From a virus (lineage: Duplodnaviria > Caudoviricetes), in IMG/VR virus record IMGVR_UViG_3300032046_000047, positions 1 to 47,223 of that record: a stretch of 47,223 bases of DNA; one strand, written 5' to 3'. A program made the position numbers and the translations under genes. The notes beneath the pieces are model-generated. The model was not told the origin of the DNA. It searched no databases and worked only from the letters and a program-made list of their open reading frames with translations. Below, piece by piece: positions 1 through 8,904 of this stretch. Positions within the stretch are counted from its first letter, which is position 1. Every line of letters starts with the position of its first letter.

Positions 1-134
1 AGATTTTTGTGATGGACACCGTGGGCGAGTTCCTCGACCCCGCCGCCACCCGAGAGCGCACCGTGTTCCTCTACGAGAAATACAAGCACGAGCGCATCCT
101 CATCGAGGACGTGAACTACCAAGTGGACCTCATC
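1..134. repeat. Terminal overlap identical to 47090-47223 (circular or circularly permuted genome)
   Basis: 9-134 match 47098-47223 exactly; 2 mismatches at positions 7-8; the overlap lies inside the terminase ORF. Confidence 0.95.
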
Positions 135-494
135 CAACAACTCGCCCGTCTTGGCCTACCCGTGTTCGGCCAAGGGACCGAGAGCCGCGACAAGATTAGC
201 CGCATCGACACCCTCGCCGTGCCAATCGAGCAAGGGCGCATCCTGTTCCACAAGAGCCAACAAGACCTCATCGACGAACTCTTGTATTTCCCTGACGGCA
301 AATACAACGACATGGCGGATGCCCTCGAAATCGCCGTCCGTGAGGTCGTGAGGCACTCGCCGGGGGACCACGCCGCCATCGGGCTCGGCCCCGTGTCCAA
401 CTCATTCAAATCATGGAGGGAGGATAGTGTCGGACGAGATTCGGAATGGAGACTTGAAGGGCCAAACACCGATGGAGACCCGTGGGGTGGGTAG
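12..494 (+). CDS. terL: Terminase large subunit, C-terminal RNase H-like nuclease part
   Basis: ILIEDVNYQ, DKISRI and FPDGKYNDMADALE motifs typical of the TerL C-terminus. Confidence 0.92.
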   Translation: MDTVGEFLDPAATRERTVFLYEKYKHERILIEDVNYQVDLIQQLARLGLPVFGQGTESRDKISRIDTLAVPIEQGRILFHKSQQDLIDELLYFPDGKYNDMADALEIAVREVVRHSPGDHAAIGLGPVSNSFKSWREDSVGRDSEWRLEGPNTDGDPWGG

Positions 495-507
495 GACGGG
501 AGGAAAA

Positions 508-849
508 GTGGCGGCTATCGGCAACGATGTCATCCCGCTCGATGGCGAGACCAAGGTCACGCTCTCGCCCGCGCCCGAGCCCGCCATCGTGAGCTTGGAC
601 GCCATCCTCACGCCTGACCAACGGGACAAGGCCATCGAGACCTATCGGTTCCGACTTGCGGACGACGACCGGCGCATGGCCATCCTCATCCGTGACCTCG
701 GGAGCCTCGATGAGCACATGGTCAAGCTCGTCGAGCGGCTCAACCAATACCAAGAGCGCCGGGGCGAGATGCTCAAGCACCTCGAACGGTTCAAGGCATG
801 GCGCTCGGTCACGGTGGCCGCCCTCGGCAAATTGGGGGCGAGCCCGTGA
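508..849 (+). CDS. Hypothetical coiled-coil protein
   Basis: GGAGG before GTG at 508; coupled to next ORF; start uncertain. Confidence 0.6.
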   Translation: MAAIGNDVIPLDGETKVTLSPAPEPAIVSLDAILTPDQRDKAIETYRFRLADDDRRMAILIRDLGSLDEHMVKLVERLNQYQERRGEMLKHLERFKAWRSVTVAALGKLGASP

Positions 850-1070
850 CCGACATCAAAAAACGAATACCCAAGAGATTGAGAGAACAAGAGGAGCGCA
901 AGAAAAAACGGGCGATGGACGCATACTTGGCATGGGCCAAGACCATTAGACAACCAATTACCATGAGAGAAGCGGCGGGATTTCATGCCGGGTTCGGTGT
1001 GGGTTACAGATTGGCGATGGACCAAGTGAGGCGATATACTTATCTTGCGAGCATGGGGGCGAGCCCGTGA
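846..1070 (+). CDS. Hypothetical basic protein, lower GC, flanked by 17-bp direct repeats
   Basis: GTGA overlap with upstream stop; TGGGGGCGAGCCCGTGA at 833-849 and 1054-1070. Confidence 0.6.
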   Translation: MTDIKKRIPKRLREQEERKKKRAMDAYLAWAKTIRQPITMREAAGFHAGFGVGYRLAMDQVRRYTYLASMGASP

Positions 1071-1195
1071 ACTCGGACACGACCGCCGTGGACCCGAACC
1101 TCATTTGCTCTCAATGCTACCGGCTGATGTGCGAGTGCATTTGCGGGAGGACCGCACCCCCGCCCAAGTTCTACAAGACGGAGTCGGTCCCATGA
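1067..1195 (+). CDS. Small Cys-rich protein (42 aa, CSQCYRLMCECIC)
   Basis: GTGA/ATGA coupling at both ends; below the ORF track cutoff. Confidence 0.55.
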   Translation: MNSDTTAVDPNLICSQCYRLMCECICGRTAPPPKFYKTESVP

Positions 1196-1449
1196 CCAAG
1201 AAAATCACCGGGTGGAAAATCGTGGACGAATACTCGGGCGAGCCATGGATTGAACCCGGCAACGTGCTCCCCAAGACATTCCCGTCCAAGATGACGGCGT
1301 GGCAATTCCTCTACAACCAACGATGGCGCGTCATGACCGACAGGACGCAAGGGCACAAGCCCCAACCGCTCATCGTGCCCATTGTCGAGGACACGGACAC
1401 CATCCAAGCGTTCAGGAAAAAGCTCGTAGGTAGGAGGCTCGTTGCATGA
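1192..1449 (+). CDS. Hypothetical protein
   Basis: ATGA coupling on both sides. Confidence 0.65.
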   Translation: MTKKITGWKIVDEYSGEPWIEPGNVLPKTFPSKMTAWQFLYNQRWRVMTDRTQGHKPQPLIVPIVEDTDTIQAFRKKLVGRRLVA

Positions 1450-4400
1450 CACCACCATGGATGAACAGGACCAAGGAGATGGACAGGACCAAGCCAATGG
1501 ACACGGCCACGCCCAAGGACGAGGCCGTAGACAAGGGCCAAGGGACGGGCCAATCCCCGCCCCCGCTCGGGACCACGAGCGCACTCGCGGTCCCCGAAAA
1601 GGAGCGCCCGCTCCCGTCCATGGGCGATGGCCGTGAGGGACATCCGCTCATCCTCCCGCCCGACATCGCCCAAAAGTACGGGGACAAGGACCTCATCCTC
1701 CCCGATTGGTGGACGAGCCCCTATACGGCCATGCCCCACGATTTCCCCAAGGGCTCAGGCTACGGCTATGTCCAATCGCCGTACACCTCGTGGTGGACCC
1801 GCATCTACGGTGTCTCGCCAATCTCGGACCTCCCGAAATATCGGTATATGTACCGCAACGTCCCTGAGATTAAGGCCGCCATCGACAAGACCGTGTTTCT
1901 CGCCGTGGCCCGCGGCATGGACCTCAAACTCCCCAAGGACGATGCGGTCCAAGGCGGGCCCGCTCAGGGCGCGGGCGCTCCCAAGCTCGATGCGAACGGC
2001 AAGCCTATCGCCCCGCCGTTCGGCAAGGACAAGGCCCCGCCGTTCGGTCAAAAGGACGGCGAGCCGGGGACGCTCGGCGAGGGCGGCGCGCCGCCCGAGG
2101 AGAACGAGCCGGGGCAGGAACAGGGCCAAGAGGCGGTCACGCCCGCGGGCGAGCCCGCACCCGGCGAGGCCGAGGTCGTCAAGGGCAAGCCCCGCCCGTT
2201 CGGCGCGGCGGACCTCCCGTTCCCCAAGGAGGAGACGGACACGCCGCCCGAGGAGCATCCGTTCCTCAAGGACGCACCCAAGGACGAGGTGGGCAACCTC
2301 CCGCCCGAGGGCGAGCCCCAAGGCCAAGCGCCCAACCCCAAGGTCCCCGGACCCGAGGAGGACAAGGCGCTCGCGGTTCGTGGACCGGGCGGCATCGCCA
2401 TTCCCAAGCCCAAGACCAAGAACCAGCAAATCATCGAGTTCCTCGACGATTTCTTGGGCTCGATAAATTGGATTGACATTCAGGTCCAAGCACTCACGGA
2501 TATGCTCGTCTACGGCAACGCGTGGGTGGAGCTTGCCTACGATGGGCAAAAGGCCCTTGAGCGCAACCTCAAGCCTGACGAGGCCAAGGACATCGAGAAC
2601 TACTCCAAGCCCGCCCCTGAGGGCTACAAGCCCGGACCCGGTGACAAGGTCATCGAGATAAAGGGCGAGGGCAAGGTGTGGGACATGAAGCTCCTCGACC
2701 CCTTGTTCATGCGCGTCCGCCGCGACAGCTTGGGGAATGTCTACGGGGCCATCCAATGGCTCGCGTGGCCGCCGGTCGTGTTCTCGAACGACAAGGTCGT
2801 CCATGTGGCGTACAACCGCAAATCGTGGGCCTACGAGAACGCCTACGGGACGAGCCAACTCATGTCCCTCATCAGGGTTCAGGACATGATTTGGCAACTC
2901 GAATCGGACATGATGGCCGTGAGCCACATCAACATCGCGCCCGCCTTGACCATCTACGGCGGGACGCCTACGAGCCCGTACACGAACCAGCAAATGGGCG
3001 GGCTCATCGACGACATGGACGCCCGCGGGCCCGCCTCGAACATATTCCTTAAGGGCGATTGCAAGGCCGAGGCTCTCCCGCTCATCGCCCAACTCGGAGG
3101 CATCTCTCAGTTCTTTACCTACCTCAAGGACCAACGCATCATCCTACTCGGCGTCCCCCCTGACCTCATGGGAATCGAGATGCCGGGGAGCTACTCCAAG
3201 AGCGCCGTGAGCATCGCCGAGTTCAAGGCACGGGTCAAGGCGCTCCAAGAGGTGTGGGGGAACGCCCTCCACGATTTCATATTCCCGCGTATCCTGAGGC
3301 CCGTGTTCGGGGACGATTGTCCCATCCCCAAGTGTGTGTGGAAAAGCCCGTTCGAGGAGGACCGGACCCAAACAAGCAACCGGGTCCGCGAGGACTACAA
3401 GCTCGGGCTCATCACCAAGCGCGTGGCGCTCCAAGAGGCGGGCTACGATTGTGACCCATCGGACCCGGACCTCGACGAGTTCTACAAGCCACCCGCGCCC
3501 CCGCCCGGTCTTGGCGGTCCCGAACAGTTCGAGGACAAGGACGGCAACCCCGCCGTCCCCGCGGGCTCGGGCCCGGACGGCGAGCCGGTGGACAAGGACG
3601 GGGCCCCGCTCAAGCGCAAGCCCCCGCCGCCCCCGTTCGGAGGACCACCCGGTCAAGGCAAGCCCCCGTTCGGCAAGGTCCCCGGCAAGGGCGTCGCGGG
3701 CCAACCCGCGCCAAGTGTGAACGAGGATTTCGGCAAGCCCAACGCCCCGTACAAGGCCGCCTCGAACGCCGGGACGCTCGTCTATCTGAGCAAGCTCGCC
3801 GAGAACTACGGATTCCAAATCTACCTCGTGAACTCGGAGTTCATCGCCAAGAACATCGACCCGAGGTGGGACTCGGCGCTCGGCAAGGGCCACCTCATTG
3901 GCGGACACCATTGGGCGCTCGGGATGCTCTACATCCCCGTGGACGAGATATGGATAAGCAACGCCGTCCCCTCGTCCGAGCGCGAGTACATCATGCTCCA
4001 CGAACTGACCGAGGCCCCGCTCATGAAAAACGGGATGTCCTACGGCGATGCACACCGGCGCGCCACGGATGTCGAGGAGACGGCTAAGTCCCTGACCAAG
4101 AGCATCAGGGATTTCAACTACGGCATCGGGGACATGAGTGACGGCTCGTTCAGGGCCAAGGAGGCGGACCAAACCGAACAGGGCGTCCCTTTTTTCGCCT
4201 ATGACCCGGACCAAGCCCGTGACGAGACGGGCAAGTGGACCACGGACGGGGGAGGCGGCGGGCCCGCGGTTGAGATGGAAAAGTCCATCCTGTTCGAGCG
4301 TGACGACAAGGGCGTGTTGTGGGCCATTCCCAAGGTCAAGGACCGCGAGAACATGAGCAAGGCCGAGGCTCTCGATGTTGCCCGCGCCTACGGTCATGAC

Positions 4401-5915
4401 CGCGCTCAACTCACGCGCCAACATCCCGATTGGTCCACCGAGATGATTGACGAGGAGGCCAAGAAAATGGTGGGCCTTGGCGAGAGGGAGTCCACCATGC
4501 TCATTCACCCGCCCGAGCCCAAGGCCCCCGAGGTCAAGCCCCCTGAGCCCAAGGTCGAGCCCAAGCCTGAGCCCCCCAAGGCCCCCGAGGCTCCCAAGGT
4601 CCCCGAGGTCAAGCCCGAGGCTCCCAAGCCCAAGGCGGCCCCCAAGGAGGTCCCCAAGAGTGAGCCCAAGACCGAGGGCAAGGATGCCATCCAAGGCCCC
4701 GAGCCCAAGAAGGGCGCGGACGTGGGACTGGATGGCAAGAACCTCGGCAAGCGTCTCGCGGGCAAAACGTCATGGGCGAACCACGCGATGTCATTGGATG
4801 ATAAGGCCAAGAGCTACAAGGTCGAAAAGGTCACGACCCCCGATGGGACGACGCTCGATGTCCGAGTGGCTCCCGGCCTGATGAAAACGGACCCCGGCCA
4901 ACTCACGGCGTTCAAGCGCGGGCTCCACGATATGCCACCAGGGCTCGCCAAGGCGTTCGAGGGCCGACAAATCATCCTCCATGACTACAAGGACCGGCCC
5001 ATCGAGACAACAGGAACAACGGGATGGTCCAAGCGCGAGAGCATCACGGGCGGGTTCTACAACCCGGCATCCAAGACGCTCCACATCACCTCGCCGTTGG
5101 GCAACGACCCCGGCATCCTCCCGCACGAGGTGTCCCACGCCGAGAGCCACAACATCCAAGACGAAATCAGCAAGGAACTCTACCACAAGCTCGGCCCTCA
5201 AGAAAAGATGAAAGTGGACGAGTACATGAGGAGCGTGACGGCGAACCGCAACGAGCGGCTCCAACGGGCCGAGAGCAACAAGAGCTACGGGATGGACAGG
5301 CTCAAGGACCGTGAGGAGGAGGCCAAGCGTTATCTCGGAAAATACAAGGAGGACCTCCAACAAGCTCAGGACCCGAACAACCCCAAGTACCGAGACGACC
5401 CCGAGGCGCGCAAGGCCGCCATCGAGCGGGCCGAGGGATTCGTCAAGGCGCGGGAAAAGATGCTCTCGGACAGGGCCCACAAGACCGCCGTGACCCTCAT
5501 CGAGAAAAAGTTCGCCTTGGAACGCAAGACCGCCACCGATAATACGGACCCCACCACCCATTTTCAAATGGTCACGATGGCGAGAGGCAAGCTCGGCCCA
5601 ATGCCCGCCTACGGGGTTGCGGCATGGCCCAATGTCGAGGAGGGCAAGCCACCCGAGGACGCCTCAGAACTCCACAAGGCGTACTACAATTTCTACAAGG
5701 ATGCAAGGACCGCCAAGCTCGGCGGGCCCACGACCTACGCCCGCTCCAACAAGGGCGGAATGGGCCACGTCGATGAGACCTACGCCGAGATAAACGCCTT
5801 GTACGGGACCAAATCGCACCGGGGCCAAACCAAGGAGGAGTTGGAGCGGGACTACCCGGAACTCGCCAAGAGCTACAAGGAGCTACGGGACGCCTACGCC
5901 AAGAGGAGGAGTTGA
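1446..5915 (+). CDS. Portal protein with Pro-rich insertions fused to C-terminal cargo domains (HELxE domain, QARDExGKWT tag, Pro/Lys/Glu linker, zincin metalloprotease)
   Basis: Follows TerL; portal-like segments YRNVPEIKAAID, DMLVYGNAWVE, LLDPLFMRV, YGTSQL, LGVPPDLMG; HELTE near 3999; HEVSH at 5124; ETYAE near the C-terminus. Confidence 0.85.
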   Translation: MTPPWMNRTKEMDRTKPMDTATPKDEAVDKGQGTGQSPPPLGTTSALAVPEKERPLPSMGDGREGHPLILPPDIAQKYGDKDLILPDWWTSPYTAMPHDFPKGSGYGYVQSPYTSWWTRIYGVSPISDLPKYRYMYRNVPEIKAAIDKTVFLAVARGMDLKLPKDDAVQGGPAQGAGAPKLDANGKPIAPPFGKDKAPPFGQKDGEPGTLGEGGAPPEENEPGQEQGQEAVTPAGEPAPGEAEVVKGKPRPFGAADLPFPKEETDTPPEEHPFLKDAPKDEVGNLPPEGEPQGQAPNPKVPGPEEDKALAVRGPGGIAIPKPKTKNQQIIEFLDDFLGSINWIDIQVQALTDMLVYGNAWVELAYDGQKALERNLKPDEAKDIENYSKPAPEGYKPGPGDKVIEIKGEGKVWDMKLLDPLFMRVRRDSLGNVYGAIQWLAWPPVVFSNDKVVHVAYNRKSWAYENAYGTSQLMSLIRVQDMIWQLESDMMAVSHINIAPALTIYGGTPTSPYTNQQMGGLIDDMDARGPASNIFLKGDCKAEALPLIAQLGGISQFFTYLKDQRIILLGVPPDLMGIEMPGSYSKSAVSIAEFKARVKALQEVWGNALHDFIFPRILRPVFGDDCPIPKCVWKSPFEEDRTQTSNRVREDYKLGLITKRVALQEAGYDCDPSDPDLDEFYKPPAPPPGLGGPEQFEDKDGNPAVPAGSGPDGEPVDKDGAPLKRKPPPPPFGGPPGQGKPPFGKVPGKGVAGQPAPSVNEDFGKPNAPYKAASNAGTLVYLSKLAENYGFQIYLVNSEFIAKNIDPRWDSALGKGHLIGGHHWALGMLYIPVDEIWISNAVPSSEREYIMLHELTEAPLMKNGMSYGDAHRRATDVEETAKSLTKSIRDFNYGIGDMSDGSFRAKEADQTEQGVPFFAYDPDQARDETGKWTTDGGGGGPAVEMEKSILFERDDKGVLWAIPKVKDRENMSKAEALDVARAYGHDRAQLTRQHPDWSTEMIDEEAKKMVGLGERESTMLIHPPEPKAPEVKPPEPKVEPKPEPPKAPEAPKVPEVKPEAPKPKAAPKEVPKSEPKTEGKDAIQGPEPKKGADVGLDGKNLGKRLAGKTSWANHAMSLDDKAKSYKVEKVTTPDGTTLDVRVAPGLMKTDPGQLTAFKRGLHDMPPGLAKAFEGRQIILHDYKDRPIETTGTTGWSKRESITGGFYNPASKTLHITSPLGNDPGILPHEVSHAESHNIQDEISKELYHKLGPQEKMKVDEYMRSVTANRNERLQRAESNKSYGMDRLKDREEEAKRYLGKYKEDLQQAQDPNNPKYRDDPEARKAAIERAEGFVKAREKMLSDRAHKTAVTLIEKKFALERKTATDNTDPTTHFQMVTMARGKLGPMPAYGVAAWPNVEEGKPPEDASELHKAYYNFYKDARTAKLGGPTTYARSNKGGMGHVDETYAEINALYGTKSHRGQTKEELERDYPELAKSYKELRDAYAKRRS

Positions 5916-5916
5916 G

Positions 5917-6306
5917 ATGGCCGATGAGGAGGAGACCGTCGAGGAGACCACGCTATACGACCGAGCGGGACAGATAGTGCCCGAGGCATTGGCGGACGAG
6001 TACGCCATCAAGGGCCGAACCGTCATCAAGAGCGCCAAGGACGGCCATCTCATCGAGTTCAGGTGGTTCGACCTTGAGGGGTCCGAGAACCTCCCCATCA
6101 TGCCCACCGATGAGGAGTTGGGACCCGAGGAGGAGGAGCCGAGCCCCGCGGCGGGGCTCACCAAGGCCGTTCTCAAGGCCAAGGTGGATGCGCTTGAGCT
6201 TGAGGTCGTGGGGGCAAAGACCGCCGCCGGGCACAACGCCGCCCTCGACAAGCTCATGAGGTTCATCGCGGGGGTAGCTCAGGATGGACAAGGACGAGTT
6301 CGGTAG
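5917..6306 (+). CDS. Small acidic protein, paralog of 8725-8904; candidate inhibitor of the upstream zincin
   Basis: YDRAGQIVPEALADEYAIK aligns with YFDKNGELVPEPLAKQYAIK; the function is inference. Confidence 0.7.
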   Translation: MADEEETVEETTLYDRAGQIVPEALADEYAIKGRTVIKSAKDGHLIEFRWFDLEGSENLPIMPTDEELGPEEEEPSPAAGLTKAVLKAKVDALELEVVGAKTAAGHNAALDKLMRFIAGVAQDGQGRVR

Positions 6307-8728
6307 GCCGGTCCTCGACGCCCCGTTCGAGGCGTTCGACGAGAGCCAACCACGGGATGAGAGCGGCAAGTGGACGGACGGGGGTGGAGGCTCTACAACA
6401 CTACACAAGCTCACCAACTACACGGAATATGAGGAACACACAAACAAGGTCTACGGGGACCTCAAGGTGGAGGCCACGGACCCGGCCAATTTCGAGCGGT
6501 TCAAACCCATCGGGCAATACACCGCCGATAAGTATCAAGAGGTCAACAAGACGCTCCTCGGCAAGACCTCGGGCCTTGGTGAGTTCTCCAAACAAACCGC
6601 CGCCAAGATTATCCCGGCCATGGACAAATACATCGAGGAGCATCCAATAAGAGAACCCGTCAAGCTCTATCGGGCAATCACATTGGACCCCGGCTCTCTT
6701 GATGTTGGACAGGAATTTTCACACAAGACATTTGGCTCGTTCACCGCCTCCGAGGATTTCGCCCAACGATGGGTCGTGGGCGGCGCGGGCGCATCGGCAA
6801 TATATGGCAATCGAGAAAAATGGGTGTTCGAGGTAGACGCCCAAAAGGGAGACCCGTTCGCCCCGGCATTGAGGATGGAATCCGAGAATAAAGACACGGG
6901 CGATGAGATTGTCAAGGTCGAGAGGATAAAAGGGTTCAATGCCGAGGAGGGCGAGTTCACGATGGCTCGGGATACTAAATTGCGGGTCGTGTCCGTCGAG
7001 ACCAAGGAGTATGAACTCCATGGGCGTAAATACCCAATAAAGTTCGCCAAGGTCGAGATAGTCCGAGGCGAGCCCGAGACCGTCAAGGCGTCCCAAGAGG
7101 AGCCCGCATCAACCTCCGAATATGCCTCGAACTCCCGGTTCGTGGCCGAACCCGAGGAAATCGAAATCCATGGCAAGGCCGTCAAGGCGTCGTGGTCCCC
7201 GCCCGCGCTCGACCCCCCGGTCTCGTTCGAGGCTTACAGTGAGGACCAACCGAGGGACGAGGCGGGCCGGTGGACCGATGGCGGCGGCGGTGTCGTCGAG
7301 GATTATGTGCCCATGTCCGCCCCCTCGGAGACGCCCGAGCGGGCCGCCAAGCGCGAGGAGCTACACAAGGCGTTCTTGGAGGCCAACATGAAGCAAGCCA
7401 ATCTCGACGAGGAGACCAACAAGCTCAGGGCCGAGATGGGCAAGATTGGGGACGAGCATCCTGACGACACCGGATATAATGATGACGAGGGCCGCCGCTC
7501 ATTCACGGACCCCGAGGTGGACAAGAGATACGGCGAGCTACACGCTCAGAAAAAAGCCCTCATGGCCAAATGGAACGAGGCTTGGGAGGACCGCTCGGCC
7601 AAGCTCAAGGAGTATCGGGCGTTCGACATCCCCGAGGAACTCAAGGCGGTTCGTGGCCCTGAGAACAAGACCATCAAGGTCGAGGATTGGGAGCAAAAGA
7701 CCGGCAAGAACTACACGACGCTCCTCAAGGAGACGGCGGACAAGAACTACGCCCGCGCCATCCTCAAGACCCCGCGTGGAGAAATCACGGTCCTCGCCTC
7801 GCACGAGTTCCTTGAGGACAAGTCCATCGAGACGGTCCAAGCTCACATCAACGCCAACCCGGACTTGTGGGAGAACGTCTCAAGATTGGAGCTACACCCC
7901 ACCGAGGCCGAGTATAAGCGTGACCTCGATGGCGATAAAGGATTCGTCGAGGTCATGACGGCGGGCGGCCATTGGGATTCATCGGACAAGACCATCCGCC
8001 TGTTCGGGACCCGGATGATGAACGACGAGGTTTTGAGCCACGAGGCGGGCCATGCCAAGTTCTCGGAAATCGAGCACGGTGAGAACGTCCTCGATTGGGA
8101 TATGCGGCGGCTCAAGGATTCGCCTGAGGAGCGCGCCAAGCTCGAAAAGGCCGTGGCCGAGAACGAGGCGTCATGGACCAAGGCCCGCAAGGAACTCGAC
8201 GAGGGCGTGGGCAAAAAGCTCAGTTCCACGGATGAGCAATATCGCGAGGCCAAGCGCAAGAAATACGACATCCAAGACGCCGGGTGGCGGCTCTCATCGT
8301 ACTACAAGCCCGAGGAGGACCCCGAATACCAAGCGGCGGTCAAGGAGGAAAAGCGCCTCAAGATGAATGTCACACGCCTGAGCAACCAATACACCAAGCA
8401 ATCCAAGGCCATCTACGAGAAACACAACACCAACGAGCTCTATGAACGGTGGGACAAGGGCTATCGGTCCCCGCTCCAAGACAAGCTCAGGGATTTCAAG
8501 AGCGCCGTCAAGACCGAGGGCGGCTCGACGGACTACTCTCGAAAATGGGCCAAGGCGGGCTCTTACTCTCGATATACCGAGGAGTACGCCGAGGTCTCGG
8601 CCATCATGAGGGGGCACATGGGCCCGAAAAAAAAGGATGAGTTCATAAGAGACCATCCCCTTACTCACAAGAGCTACACCGAACTCGACGAGACGTGGAA
8701 CACGGAAAAAGGGAGGGTCAAAAGATGA
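6284..8728 (+). CDS. Putative virion cargo polyprotein: tag + VIP2/C2-like ADP-ribosyltransferase + tag + zincin metalloprotease
   Basis: Two QPRDExG[KR]WTDGGGG tags (6326, 7226); ART motifs YT..Y..VN, LYRA, GSFT, EEGEF; HEAGH at 8039 and EEYAE. Confidence 0.8.
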   Translation: MDKDEFGRPVLDAPFEAFDESQPRDESGKWTDGGGGSTTLHKLTNYTEYEEHTNKVYGDLKVEATDPANFERFKPIGQYTADKYQEVNKTLLGKTSGLGEFSKQTAAKIIPAMDKYIEEHPIREPVKLYRAITLDPGSLDVGQEFSHKTFGSFTASEDFAQRWVVGGAGASAIYGNREKWVFEVDAQKGDPFAPALRMESENKDTGDEIVKVERIKGFNAEEGEFTMARDTKLRVVSVETKEYELHGRKYPIKFAKVEIVRGEPETVKASQEEPASTSEYASNSRFVAEPEEIEIHGKAVKASWSPPALDPPVSFEAYSEDQPRDEAGRWTDGGGGVVEDYVPMSAPSETPERAAKREELHKAFLEANMKQANLDEETNKLRAEMGKIGDEHPDDTGYNDDEGRRSFTDPEVDKRYGELHAQKKALMAKWNEAWEDRSAKLKEYRAFDIPEELKAVRGPENKTIKVEDWEQKTGKNYTTLLKETADKNYARAILKTPRGEITVLASHEFLEDKSIETVQAHINANPDLWENVSRLELHPTEAEYKRDLDGDKGFVEVMTAGGHWDSSDKTIRLFGTRMMNDEVLSHEAGHAKFSEIEHGENVLDWDMRRLKDSPEERAKLEKAVAENEASWTKARKELDEGVGKKLSSTDEQYREAKRKKYDIQDAGWRLSSYYKPEEDPEYQAAVKEEKRLKMNVTRLSNQYTKQSKAIYEKHNTNELYERWDKGYRSPLQDKLRDFKSAVKTEGGSTDYSRKWAKAGSYSRYTEEYAEVSAIMRGHMGPKKKDEFIRDHPLTHKSYTELDETWNTEKGRVKR

Positions 8729-8904
8729 GGACGGTCATCACCTATTTCGACAAGAACGGCGAACTCGTGCCCGAGCCCTTGGCCAAGCAATACGCTATCA
8801 AGGCCGTGCGTGACGTGTTCGATGACCGCGGCCTCATGACTGAGCACGAGACCTTGTTTTTCGAGGGCGAAAAGGAGCCCGCACCCAAGGACGAGGAGGA
8901 GTAG
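8725..8904 (+). CDS. Small protein (59 aa), paralog of 5917-6306; candidate inhibitor
   Basis: ATGA overlap with the zincin stop; sequence similarity to the 5917 ORF. Confidence 0.7.
   Translation: MRTVITYFDKNGELVPEPLAKQYAIKAVRDVFDDRGLMTEHETLFFEGEKEPAPKDEEE

Noticed and set aside
1-134. Biological terminal repeat
   Set aside because: It falls mid-terminase and has assembler-overlap length; best read as circular closure. The two mismatches at positions 7-8 are probably contig-end noise.
4510-4710. Tandem DNA repeats (cccaagg/cccgagg) as a regulatory array or DGR variable region
   Set aside because: They encode a Pro-Lys-Glu linker; no reverse transcriptase or adenine-specific TR/VR pair was seen
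1446-5915. Intein explaining the oversized portal
   Set aside because: No C/S...HN-C/S/T splice motifs or LAGLIDADG blocks recognised
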